Of a stretch of 64,000 bases of DNA, positions 38,191 through 52,000 are shown one piece after another (within the stretch, counting starts at the first letter, position 1; each line of letters begins with the position of its first letter). The DNA comes from Cycas panzhihuaensis. Lineage: Eukaryota; Plantae; Cycadophyta. The stretch spans positions 36,277,741-36,341,740 of the forward strand of contig CM041465.1 of NCBI GenBank assembly GCA_023213395.1, in the 5' to 3' direction. Made by a program: the position numbers and the translations under genes. The notes beneath the pieces were generated by a model. That model was not told the DNA's origin. It saw only the letters and a program-made list of their open reading frames with translations, and ran no database searches.

Positions 38191-41100
38191 TATTTCTGGC
38201 CATTAAGAATGGATTAGGAGATTTATGATGTAGGTATGTGCCTCTATCTTGTATCTCGTTATGTCCTTTATGTTTAATGCTTCATGGGATGCTTGTATGA
38301 CTACTGGATGTATGTTTGTTTAGTTTGCTTGGCTTGCTTGTGTCTATTTATATGCTAATAATAACCAAGACTTTGGTCCAATGGCTATAGAGCCCTTATT
38401 ATGGTCTCCTAGTTAGCAAGATGACTTTTAAATGTTCCTGCAACTTCATTTCTATATGGTTTAAACTCATTATTACCTGTTTGTTTCATTCTCTTGCCCT
38501 TATTGTATGTGATTGGTTACTTAGAGGCCTCAGGGCTAGTCTGTAGGAGTCTAGGGAGGAGTTTGAAGCATTTTTATTAAATTTTCACTAATTTTTATTC
38601 TCTATTATTGCCCAGATTTTTTTTTTGCTTGCCCTATGAAGTATCTTGTGATACCATGAAGATCTTTGTGATACCACAAAGAAATTTATGGTGTAACTAT
38701 TACAATAGTCTTATAGCCAACAACATTTAAATCTTGCCATTAATGCACTCTTGACATGGCAAGCATCTCATGGCCAGCCCTAATTAAGGCACAATGGTTA
38801 GGAGTAGCTTCCCAAACAACCACAAAGCCATTTTGATTTTATTTTGAGGGATCATTTGGTTCACTTAAAAAAAAAAAAGATAATAGAATTTAGATTTTAG
38901 AACAGAAGCACTCTAAAATTTTCTTCTAGGATCACCAAATCACTCTTCTCTCTCAGATTCAAAGAGTTTCACTAAGGACACTCTTCCAAGGGTTGTAAGT
39001 AACATTTTCTTATTAATTCAACTATAAACATCATGTTTTCTTGAAGGAAGTGGGTAAGATCCATACATACTTTTACTTCTCAATGAAAACTTCTCTTGAT
39101 TTGATCTGATTTCAGTTGTTTAGCTCATCTCTACTTTGTTTCATGGCTTTGAGATTATAGTTCATAGCTTTTACTAATTTCATTCCTTTGAAATCTTGAG
39201 GAAACTACCTTATATAAACTAGAAACTCTCCACAACCACCATCATAGTATAGGAGGAGGAAGTGAGTAATACACCAACTACTTTAGGAAGTTTAGAGAGG
39301 GGTAGTAGGTGCAAGTATCAACTTTTGCACCCCTTACTTATTAGTTAATCCCATCCTAAGCCACATAGTGTTGAATCTCAATGTGCATGCACCTTCCACT
39401 CTGATATTTGGTAATGCAACTATACCATTTTGTGACCACACACTACTGATTTTTAAGGACCCACCTCACCTTTACATTATACCTTCCTCTTAGCATGTTA
39501 CTTGAGTTGTAGGATTAGAAGACTCTTCTTGATTGCCTTAGGGAGACCACTCTCATTAGGGAGGCCAACACCATCTTGAGGCACTCCCCTCATCCCCTTC
39601 CTTCATTCTTCACACTCTCGATATACTTGGATTTTTTTGTAAAAAGGACTAACATTTTGCTTATGATGTTTGTTTCCTCTAATTGGCTAAAAGTAGAACA
39701 TAATTTATAAAATATACATGCTTATGTATATATATATATTACAAACATCTCTTTTGGATAGTATTTTGTTTTATGCACGTAGGGTGGAGAGTATGCCTCT
39801 CCAACATAGCCAACAAGGCATAAAGGGGATCTTATCTCCCAAGGTAAGCATTAATTTATGTCTTAGCATTTCCTTTCCTTACATGTACATTGTTTCCTTA
39901 TTTCCATTTTCATTTATATACTATTCTAGTTAGATTCAGGGTGGGTAAGTGGAGCCTCATCGTCTCTTACCTTTCTTACGGTAAAAGAGGTCTCAACTTT
40001 AAAGGAACTGCAAGGTTGGAATCATCACCAAACACCACGAACTGAGTACATTCCCCTCAAATCCTCTCTTTCTTGCAATCATCTTGTTTTTTCATTATAG
40101 TACTTACTCCCAAATCCCCTATTAAGAAAACTTGCTTCCTTTCCTTTTAAGCTTACTTTATTGACTACATGCACATATGCATACGAAGTAAAAGCTAAAT
40201 ATTTAGTTTAGGGAAGCATTTCTTTTTGCATGAATGAGAAAAAAATCATTTGAAAGAAAGGATCCTCTTCTCCCTTACTATTTTTATTTCATATAAAGGG
40301 AAGGCATACTAGGGAAACATTGCATTGCACTTGCATATAAGAAGGAAAAATATTGCTTCTTTCTACTCTCTTACATCATTCCTAATTATATCATTATTTT
40401 TACCTTATAGGTACATAACCCTAAAGTTCCTTTTAAAGTTAAAAGATAAAGGGTGTGAATTGAGAGAAAGGTTTTGCATTTATTACACATCATTTGTTAT
40501 GTTTGCTAGTTGCTTTTGCTTTATCATAATGTGCACACAAACTCAAAACATTACTTTGAACAAAACACTTCTCCTAAATAAAAGCATAACATTGATGCAT
40601 AACCTAAAAAGAACCATTTAGATAAGGAAGAAACCAATTACCTCTTCTACCTTTGATCACTACTTGTTACCATGCCCTCTCCTATGGAAAACCTATACCT
40701 TCTCCCCAAACAAGGATAGGATAAACCTACTTAGGCAACTCGGTAACCCAAGAAGGCCAATCTCTCTATGACCTATCACTCCATATGCTAATCAAAATAA
40801 CATACCTCCTGTACCTATCCACCAACCAACTTTAAAGACCTATAGGTAAAGAAGGGAATGTGTGTCCCATAGGTCTAATCAAAACTTCCTCTTCTACCTT
40901 TGATCACTACTTATTACTATGCCCTCTCTTATAAGAGAAACTTATCCCTTCTCCCTAAACAAGGATAGGAGAAACCTACTTGGGCAACTAGGTAACCTGA
41001 GAAGGCCAAGCTCTCCATGACCTATCACTCCACATGCTAATCAAAATAACATACCTCCTACACCTATCCACCAACCAATCCTAAAGCCTATAGGCAAAGA

Positions 41101-41379
41101 AAGGAATGCATGTCTCGTGGGTCCCCAAACCTACACCTAAGTGGTGCACAGATGCCCTTCGATGGTAAACTAAAGCTATATCATACCTTTAGGCCTTCAC
41201 CTTCTAAGCCTATTATTCGTTGGTGTGTCATCGCTTCTAGTAACACCCCGTAGGTGTGCTTCCATTGGCAACTATACTAGGGATCAACCAATGAGGATAC
41301 CCTAGGATTCCTTCAGTTTCCTAGTGCTAACCCCTTCTTATCTTATAGGGTCTTGATAGGGTGTTGTACTAACCCTACA
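38162..41379 (+). mobile_element. Long (~3.2 kb) Tat-type LTR between A's internal region and F's gag
   Basis: Termini TGTAGAGAGTATA...TGTACTAACCCTACA; follows a weak purine tract (38091-38100) after the aRH; homologous to 1-2120. Confidence 0.6.
40641..41124. repeat. ~247-bp tandem duplication inside the long LTR
   Basis: Copies start cctcttctacctttgatcactac at 40641 and 40888 and align along their length. Confidence 0.92.
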
Positions 41380-41699
41380 CATTCTTTTAAAATTATTTCT
41401 CCTACTTCTAAAGTTCCTGGGTGGACACATGAACATGATGCTTCTCTCATCACTTATGCAGCCTCCCTCCTTCAGAAGTAGAGCCCAGTTACTCTTCTAT
41501 TACTACAACTGGTCTAGGATTGCCAATGGAGGGTTACCCATTAGATTGGGCCTTCCATTCCTTCACTTCTGATTGGCCTCATACTGAGACCTCTTACCCT
41601 CATTAGGATCTGAACCAAGAGGATAATGATCTAGTCTATTATTTGGATGAGAAACTAGAAGCTCATATATACCTTCCCTCTTTTCCTACACATGCCATA

Positions 41700-42897
41700 G
41701 GAGGATCCTTCCTTATGGATCCCTCTCATCCTGGTGAGAAGGCTCATGTAGAGCATCCTGCTAGTTCTAGTTATTATAAGGAACCCTCTACCTCATATGA
41801 GTAAGTTGGCACTCCTTTAAGGGATGCGATGGAAGTATTGAGGTAATGCTTTGAAGCCACAAGCACTCAACCACCTCCTAAGTAGTTAGAGTATTTCCTT
41901 TAAAGTACAACACCCTCTTCCTCTACTACTATTGCTCCTGTATCATATCAACCCATATCCTCTTCACCTTTAGGATTTTCTCCTATAGTTTCCATACCCG
42001 TGAGTACTCCCTTGACTTAAGGGGTACCCTGTGGTATTCCAACCTCTCAGATGAGGACAAGCATACCTCATGTGCAAAGTTCCATACCATAATCAATTAT
42101 CACACATGTCCCTTTAGTTCCTCGTATGATCCCTTCACATCCTCATATTTCGAGACATGGGGGGTCTGTTCCTACTCCTCCTCATCCATGACCTATGGAT
42201 GCTTCTCTTTTTGTGCCCCTGGGATACACATCACAACCTTAAGGGCATGGAGGGCCAAACCCCCTCCTAACTTATGGGGTGTACCCACTCCATTGGGATT
42301 GTGCCTTCTATATGAGGACCTTATGGGAAAAACCCAGTACCTTATCTTGTGCCCCCCATGTCATGTACAACCTCATGTATAGCTGCTCCATAAGGGGGAC
42401 TCACTCCCCCTCACACCTCACAATCTTATGTTGCTGCCCCTTCAAGGGAATGCTTTCATCCTTTTTCTACACATATGGTGCACCCTCATGGTGGGATGAG
42501 ACCTTCTCACATGTCTCCCTATAGAATGCATCCCCATGTAGGGGCAGTCCCTTCTTACCCATTAGGTGGGAACCCGCAACCCCCTTATAGTTATTCCCCT
42601 TACTTCCTACATGAAGTGGGTACTTGTCCCCATCTCCTTTCTCTTCCTATGTTGATCCATTAGTTCAACTAGGGGTTTACCCCTTCAGTGAATACTTTTC
42701 AACCCCCTTATTTGTTGAGGCTCTTAAGACAAACCTACCACCTCATCCCCCAGAAGTACCCAAATTTGATGGTACTTCTTCATAGGATCCAATCGAGCAT
42801 GTTAGGGGCTTTGCCATGGCATGTATTGACTATTAGGCCTATGACCACATTTTGATGAAATTCTTCCCTAGATCTCTTCAAGGAGACGTGTTAAAAT
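41700..42897 (+). pseudogene. gag: Element F: Pro/His/Tyr-rich leader and start of a Tat-type gag, truncated
   Basis: PEVPKFDGTSS*DPIEHVRGFAMACID...LMKFFPRSLQGDVLK at 42740-42897. Upstream ORF fragments are P/H/Y-rich. Confidence 0.75.
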
Positions 42898-42950
42898 ATA
42901 AGGTGTTGGATAATTATCCTTATAATGATATTAAACCCAAAACTCTAATA

Positions 42951-42962
42951 TGGTATCAGAGC
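42951..42962 (+). promoter_or_regulatory. Perfect tRNA-iMet PBS (element K)
   Basis: TGGTATCAGAGC directly after an LTR-end-like ...ctctaata. Confidence 0.85.
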
Positions 42963-45900
42963 CTTTTATATCTTGAGGAGAAAGCATATATATATGAAGC
43001 AAGTATGTGCTTACTTATATGGTAGATCATGAAGTAGGAGCTTGTTAGAAGTAGAGATAAGTCATGAGCCAACATACACTTTAAGGGGCTCATTGAATCA
43101 AGGGAATTAGTGATATATTATTGGTAACATGTGAAGCTTAAGAGATGATGAATTAATGATCTTCATATAGGATGAAGACTGAAGTTTCAAAAACTAATAG
43201 TAATATTATTATTAAGAATTTTTATTTTATGGACATTTATTATGTATTGAAGGCCTTGATTTCTAGAGTATGCAAGTGTTAGGTGTGCATCCATAAGCTT
43301 CTAAATTATAGATGAGAACTAGGCTCTTATGTAGGCTTAATCACCCTATAAGGACAAGCCAATATTCATTAGTATACTACAAGTATAAGTAAGAATTAGT
43401 ACCATTAATATGTTTCCATAAGAAGAAATGTTCATGGTGAAGGGCACGTAAGCATAGTTACAATCTTTACAACTCGAGGATGATCCATGGTATTATGCAA
43501 GTTGTCTAAGACAAGAGAGATTCCAAAAATAATTATGAGGGTCCATGGAGAAGGATTCACTACTAGAAGATTGAGTTCAAATCCATGATACATACATGAG
43601 ACTGGTTACAAACTTATAATGCAATACAAATTGCTAAGAGGGTTATTATTTCAGACCAATTTTGAAGGCAACATCAATTATGAAAAATCTAAAAATAGTA
43701 ATAGTTATAAACACCAAAAGAGAGTAAACTGGGTTTAGTATGAAAGTAATTTAATGAAAATCAATTCTTTAACATGCATTCAAATATGAAGGTAAGCATC
43801 AATTGTTAAAATTTATTGAGTTTGAAGATACTAATAATTGTTGCTTGATGAAATTTGGGCAAATATGGACAAAGTTTCATAGGTTGTATGAGATGGTTAT
43901 GGGTATGATACAACAACAGTGGCTTATTTACAAATTTGATGTGTATGAAGTCTTAATGGCATATTGTTAAAAGGGAGCCCCACTTTGGTAGTGTACTGGG
44001 AATATAAACATTTTCATTATGATAATTTTATAAATCAATATGTAAATTAAGGTGTGCTTTGTTGATGATGGATGAGAATCTCATAAATCAAGTAAAAGAT
44101 GTCTATGGAAGAATGCTAATAATGTTGGATATTAAGTGTCTTAAATATATTTGATAAGTCATTTAAATTTAAAGATGAATGGTGGTGAATTATATTGGTT
44201 AGATGTAGTAGCAAATATACTCAATGCATAAGTTAGTCCATGAAATCTTTGTGGTAAGGTATTCCCAATATGTTGTAGAAAAGGCAAAGTATGATTCAAA
44301 ACTCAAGGATTAAAAATATGATGAATGGATATGGAGGTTACAAATAGTAACAAAATTATTGAATATAGATTTATTAGATGTTAAGATGAACTTACATCTA
44401 TGAAGTGTATTAGACCAAATTCATACATGGATACAAAAAATTATAATAGTAGTAATGAATGAGCCATGCATCTCAGTCTCAACCTAGAGAAAACTAAGGA
44501 GAAAATTAGTTAGCATTTAAAATCTAAGCATTCCATATTGTACAAATTTTTATTCTATGAAATTCTATGTTGATTTCATATCATTTATTTTTTGTTTGTT
44601 AAAATTTTGAAATGAAAACATCTCCAAAGCTTGTATATTAACACTTGTTACAGATAAATTTAAAAGGTGAAAATAATGATATCAATTATTAATCTAAAAG
44701 TCATAAGGGCTTATTTATAGGAAACTAAACCAATAAGGAAAATTATTAATTAAGGGAAAGAGTTGATGCTAAAAACAATGGAGAACAATTAAGGTTAAAT
44801 TTTAAAAATATTTATTATGTAGGTCCAAAAGGCAAGAACTGTATATTGAGTTTGTTGCAAATCTATTATACAGGCCAAGAGACATCTAATTAAAGAAGTG
44901 AAATAAGGAAGGAGGAAAATTTCAAACCAATTCTAGAAATTATAATAGATCAATTCTAGAATTAATATATATCATTAGGATTTAAAGAAATAAGTTAATT
45001 TATATTATTTTATAGAAAGTTGCAAACTACAAATTTGGTGTCAATTATTAGTTGCTAGTCTATTAAGAGACAACCTTAAAATATAAAGTATGAACAAATT
45101 TGTTGCTAGAGTTTGAATACAAATTGTAGAGTAATTTATAAGCACCAATTGTGAGATAAAGAGAACCTTTTCAGTATGTGATATGTCAAGCCTTGTAGTT
45201 GAAGATTAACATAAATTATGTTAGCTATCCATTGTTGTAAGAGAATACTATAACAACTTGATAAATAGAGGTAAATAATTTTTTTTATAGACTAAAAATA
45301 TATTTTATAGATAAATATATGGTAAACTATTAAATAAGTATAAATTTAATAGAGTATACCATTGTAATTTCTATAAATTGTAGCCCATTACCCCCCAAAA
45401 TCTAATAAGTATGATATTAAAAAGTTAGTTATTTTATTTAGTGACAACAAATTCTATGTCTTTCTATATTTGACCTAAGATGAATGAAAAATCACTTGAA
45501 TTGAATGGGGTCACCCAACCATACCTTGGCATAATGCAGAATTTTGGGTTAGCTATTTATCTAAAGATGTTTTAGAACTAAGTTTCTCTAAGACTACTAT
45601 ATGTGATGATTTTATTCGAAGATAAATAATTATTAAGAAGTTTGTAGCACCCATGCAACCCTTCAATATAATAAGAGATTAACCAATTGAATGTTGCATA
45701 AAGGTAATTCAACTATGGGCTTAATTAGGAGACCACCTCTTTGATGAAGAGTATGTATGGAGAGGGAAGAAGAAATATGATAGAATTACCAATTAAACTA
45801 AGGTGGTAATCATAAGATCATGCATTAATTATGCTCACTTCAGGTTATGATAGGTCTATGGTGTAGGGATAGATCTATACTTTAGCCTCTATGTAACTAT

Positions 45901-46012
45901 AAGAAAAGTCCTAATTGAAGAGGCCAACTAAATGCATAATTAACAGAGTAATCTAAAGAAGATGAGACAAACATAAAGATGTCAAGATATAATAGATTAC
46001 CTCACAAAGTAA

Positions 46013-46587
46013 TGCGGGAGCATCTCGACTTTCATCATAACTTAATCCACTTTTTTATTTTTTGGACTTTTTTCCCTTTAAAATTTAGGGTCTACTAATT
46101 GAAGTATAACATTTTACTCAGTGATCAAAATTTAATCATTCATATACTAATTCAAAGGTCTATCCAAGTAGAATAGGTCAAAATGGCCTATGACTAAGCT
46201 AATGGCCCCATTATAAGCCTACAATTTTTTAGCCAAAAAATACTCCAAAAATACCTAAATTTTGATATTTATTTTGTATGTCTAAAATTAGTAATTAATT
46301 TTAGACTAATTTTTACTTTTATATAATAACCCTTAGTGGTCTAGTTTTTTTAATAGGACTTAACTTAGAAATGTGGTTTCATTTGATATTTTAGGTAATT
46401 AAGGAGTTTTTAGGATTAGGGTTAGAAGCTTTTGGACTTATTGCTTTCACGTATATAAATGAATTTTAGACTATCTTTTAGTAGATTGAATAGAATAGTA
46501 TGGAATTAGAAGTGAAATATCTCTTCCTATTTTTTTGCTTTTCCTTGTTTTAAATTTGTGCATGTGATATTAAATGTTTTCCTTGCA
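46013..46587. mobile_element. Probable solo LTR
   Basis: Termini TGCGGGAGCAT...ATGTTTTCCTTGCA; flanks AGTAA/AGTCA (4/5 TSD); internal TATA-like tatataaat at ~46452. Confidence 0.5.
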
Positions 46588-49026
46588 AGTCATCCTCATC
46601 ATAGAGTGGAAGTATGAAGGAAAGGCCCAGACATAGGTGATTAAATATAAATTCCACATAAGACTAAGTGGTAAAAGTGAAGTAGCCAATTGTAAACTCT
46701 TATAGAAATTGATGAATTCAGAAGCCAAATTGTTAATGAAGTAGAAATTCATCACTACTTATGCATAGAATTAAAAAAAAAAAAAAAGACTTTAGTAAAT
46801 TTATAGAAACCCTAAGTTATTTTAATTAAAGAGTATTTTAATTTATTTAGATTCCATGGCCCCTAAATATAAAGTATATAGTCATATAAAAAGTGAAGTG
46901 ACCATCTCTTAAGTGAAAGAGCCAAAAATAAAAGGTTTAAAAATTAATTTCTAACCTTCAAGTGATATTTTTATAAGCCACTATCATATTTTGTTATATA
47001 ACATTTTTGTAAAAACTTAAAACTCAAAATCATAGATTACAATGGAAGGAAGGTTTGAAGAGCTGCAAGACGACTGGTCACTTGGAATTATTTAATAAAT
47101 ATTTAACATAGATTTTAATCATTGAAAATGGATGAAGTAAAAATTGACATGTTTTATGAGTTCATCATTTGAGATTTTGAAGTCATAATGATACTCAATA
47201 TGTTGATTGATAGTTCTTTCATGCATTTGAGACTCTAGTTAATATATTTTTAAGTGAAGAAAAACTCAAAATAGAGTAAATTAGTGTGTGTCAAATATTT
47301 CTAGCATTTAATGCATGTTTTAAAGACAACGAGAACCTTCTTGAATAATAAAGAGAGAGAGTATTTATTCCTTGGCCATTGGAATTTAAATGACTAAAAA
47401 CATAATTCATAATGAGAAGAAACCACCTTGTTTTATGATCACTTGATTACTATATTTTGTTGATGGGAAAATTATAGTGAAATAATTGAAGTTACATCAA
47501 TTGGAAATGATCCTTTGATATGGTGAAATCAAAGATATTGATGACATTTTTTTTTTAAAATAGTTAATGGAGGAAATTTGATTCAAAATATAAGATTTTA
47601 GTAGCAATAAACTTCATATGTAGAATGCATACTAATAAGTGGTGAGCATAATAACTAGTTATACATACATCTTAATGGTAAATGTAAACTATAAGGATGT
47701 TGCATGCATGATATCTTATATGCAAAAAGTGTTGATCAACTCTAACATACATATTGTGAAGGAATATGGTTGAGAAAAGCTCTAAAGTATATAAGGGAGA
47801 GGAGTTCAACTATTATTTATATTTCTACATAAGGACATAGAGACAAAATAAGTATTTGACATGTACCTAAATTATTTTTTTGCTCACATAAAGTGGAGAA
47901 AACATATAGGCGTTTTGTAATATAGGTGGTAATATGTACTAGCAACAAAAATAAGTATGAGAAATGTCACATTAATGCAATATTATATTTATGATATTTA
48001 AGTGTTTAATTTAATTATTGCATTAAGATATCACCAATTTAAATTGTGCAATGAATTCATGATAACAAGATTATAGAGGTTATGGTTGTAAGATTATTAT
48101 GCTTTATTAATATGATTGGGATGTAGGTAACCACCTAAGGTAATTTCACTTTGTAAGGACTTGAACCCAATACTGATTATAATAAAGATAAAGACATATT
48201 TCTTCTCTAGTGTTAAATAAGAAGGACAAGCATAAACAAGAAGCACATATGAAGTTGTTAGATGGTAAGGCAAATTTGACAATATGATAGTTAACATATA
48301 AATTAACCATTAAGGGGAAGTATAAGAAAATAATATTTAATCTTTGGTCAATTCATAAGGCTTATTCTTGGAGATTATTTAATAATATCTCATGGTGGTA
48401 TTATTATAGTGGACTCAATAGATATTAGACATATTATCTTAAGTTATAAGGCATGGATATCATTACTTGTTGTACAAACTCTTATTTGATTCATTATTAT
48501 TAAGGTTATTACATATGATCTTATTTATAAATAATTAGTACAACTTTGTTAGTCATTAATGAGGTGAAGTACTTTTATATAAGAGAACACCATATTCATT
48601 GTAACCCATGAATACACCTAATGTTCCCTAGTTAAGTCTAGTATGGTCTCATAATGTACTTGTTGAATGCTTTTAGTAATGGGATCTCACACTATAAGTT
48701 ATTAAACATTAAATCTAATAGGAATATAGTCCTAATTTTATAGGATTCATTATAAATTTAACATGAAAATTGCATTCATATTAATGACATAATCTTAAAA
48801 TAAAATTATGTCTCATTAAATTCAACAGCCACTATATGTATATAAATACAAGTTCTAGAAAAAATCTAATCCCTAACTAGGTGGCATATGTGATATAAGA
48901 GTTGTAACCCAGATGACTTATCACTTACATAATAATTAAATAATCTTAATGCTTAATATAATATAAAATTTTAAGGGGAGGCTCATAACCTAAGTTATGA
49001 GCTATAAATAAACATCAATATCAACA

Positions 49027-52000
49027 CTTCTCCTTAATATTTATTTCATTTTTTTTTTACACCTAAATAATTTGAAAAAGTCTAAAATCTTCCACGTGCT
49101 AATGGTTTGGTAAATATGTTAGCCAATTCTTCATTTGTTAGCTTGTACTCTATCATATTTTTTTAGATCAATTCTCGAATAAATTAAAGGTGTACTTTTA
49201 TGTATTTGGTGTAAGCATGGTACATGAAATTTTTTGCTATCTTTAAGGTACTTTGATTTTTATAATATAAGATGGTTAGTTTCAATTACAATAGTTCTAT
49301 ATCCACTAGAATCTATCATAACTAAATAGCTTCAGTAGCTATTATAACTATAGCTTTGTATTTTACTTCAATTGAGGATAAAGCAATATTTAATTACTTT
49401 TTACTACTCTATGTAATAGTAGTTGATTTCAAACTAAAACAATATCTAGAAGTTCAATTACTATCTGCCCTAATTAGAATCTTTAAATCCTGTCAACTTG
49501 AAATTATTATTATAATAGAATTTGAGTCCATATTGAATTATCCCTTTCAAGTATTTGAGGATTATTTTTATAGCTTCTTAGTGACTCTATTTTGGCACTA
49601 CCATAAATCCAGATATTATTCAAACTATAAAAGATATATTAGGCCTAGTAGTAATTAGGTATATTAGACTTCCTACTAGTTACCTATACAAAGTTGAATT
49701 AATATTAGCTCTGATTCTTTTAGTTGTTAATCAAGAACCTGTTACCATAGGGATAGATATAAGCTTATAATCAACCATTCTAAATTTTATATTCAAGCCT
49801 TTGTCATTCTTCCATACCAAGAAAGTAGTGTAGAGTTCCAAGAACTATCAACTCAAAGAAATGACCAAGATCTACTTTTATGTTTGATATTATTGTGATA
49901 TTATTACTTGTGATTAGTAAATCATTAATGTACAATAATGTAAATATAATATTATCATTTTCTTCTTTAATGTATAGATTTAAGTCAACTAGAGATTTCT
50001 CAAATCCATTCTTTGAAAAGTGGTAATCAATCTTTTTATATTAGGCTCTAAGAGCTAGGTTTGAGTCATAGAAGACCTTTCTAAATTGGTATACCAAGTG
50101 CTCTTGATCTTTTTCATTAACAGTAGGTGACTACTCTATATAGATTTCTTCATTTAAATCCCTATTAAAAAATGCACTTTTCACATCTATTTGGTATAAT
50201 TACTAATTGAATTGTTTAACTATTACCATAATGATTCAAATGGTATTCAACTTTGCAACAAGAGTGAATGTTTCTTTATAGTCAATCTAGTCTAGCTACT
50301 TGAAACCTTTCACTACAAGTTGATCTTTGTATTTATTTATAGATTTATCTAATTAATTTTTTTTTTGTAGATCTATTTGAATCTAATTGCATACTTGCCA
50401 ATAGGTAATTTAACCAAATCCCATGTGTAGTTCTTCCTTATAGCTTGCATTTTAAATTCCATAGCTTAATTCCACTTTTTCTCTTTGATTGATTCTTCAA
50501 TCATGAATTATTCACTTGAATCTAATACATGTGCCATAAGAGTTATGTTCTCCTATTTAGAAAGTCATATTTTTTATTTTTACTTTCCTTCAGAATCAGG
50601 TAATAATTTCTTAACATCCTCTATAGTTTTTATATACCATTTTAGAAGCTTCTTCTTTGAAGATGAAAGTATTGAATCATATAATTTTCCTACCTTTGTC
50701 TTAGGTCTTTCTTTATCATCTTCTCATATTTTGCTTTTGAAAACTAAAACAATTCTAAGTTTGCTTCATCACCTATATTAAATGACCCATATTCAAGTTG
50801 AACAATATTGCATGAAGTATTACATTTAGGTGATTCCTTAATCTAATCTTTACTTTCAATCAAACTAACATCCAGCGTCTTATCTTATTAAAAAATAATA
50901 TCATGAGTTATATAAACTTTTTGAGTAGACAAATTGTATAATCTATATACTTTACTTTCCTTAGAGTATCCTATAGGATGTACTTTATATTTTTATCACC
51001 TAACTTTTATCATTTTTCCTTTAGAATATACATGTATATATTACATCCAAAGATTCTTAGATGACTTATAGTTGGTTTTATAATTAGCCAAGATTCCTCA
51101 AGGGTCATATCCCTCACAGCCCTTGTAATGCTTCCATTTGTTAGATATACTATTATGTTCACAATTTGGCCCATAAGAAACCTATAGCATCCTTACTTTT
51201 CATCATTGTTTTATTTTTTTCAACTAATTCATCTATTCAGTGACTCCATTTTATTAAGGTATACATGCAATAATAAATTACCTCTACATTCTATGATCTT
51301 TATAAAACTAAGTGAATTTATTTGAAATGTACTCTCTGCCATTATTAGTTTGCAAGACCTTAATCCCGTATCTACTTTCATTATCTGCCAACTCTTTAAA
51401 CTATTTGAAATAAGTGAAGGCTTATGATTTTTTTCCTTAGTGGAAAAGTCTAGACTTTTCTTGAAAAGCCATTAATGAAAGTGATGAAATATCTCACTCT
51501 GCCTAGTAAGATGATAGACATTGGCCCATAAATATTGGAGTGAACCAATCCTCTTTATTTTTTAAAAATGGTTCTTTATGTTGCTTATTAAAAATATAGG
51601 GTTCACATAAATAACTTTTATTATTGTTTAAAGATAAAACATATACCATTTTAAATTTATACATTAATTAGAGAATAAAGTAGTTCAAATAACCTATTCT
51701 TTTATTCCATAATTTTTGCTTAGGTGATATAACAAGGAATACTCTCTGTACATAAGGGTATCCTTGTAATTTGTACATATTATTATCTCTTGGTTCTATA
51801 GCTACAATCTTATTCTATTTGTCTTAGACCACACGTTGTCCTCAAGCAAATGTTACAATCATATCTTATTATTTAATTTTACTAATTAAAATATGATTCA
51901 CCCTAGATTTGGTATGTACAAGACATTTTCTAAATGTCACTTATTACCATTTGGTAAAGTGAATGGTATTTTTCCTATTCCAATCACCTCTAGCTTAGTG

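Larger units (their letters stand above)
42904..48720 (+). mobile_element. Element K: decayed non-autonomous LTR element (PBS to PPT) with no recognisable pol
   Basis: PBS at 42951; PPT-like ttaaggggaag at ~48310-48320. The segment ending tctaata at 48720 weakly resembles the pre-PBS end. No TSD confirmed. Confidence 0.4.

Noticed and set aside
49356-49658. Plus-strand ORFs at 49356, 50485 and 52675
   Set aside because: Antisense to the decayed Copia G polyprotein.
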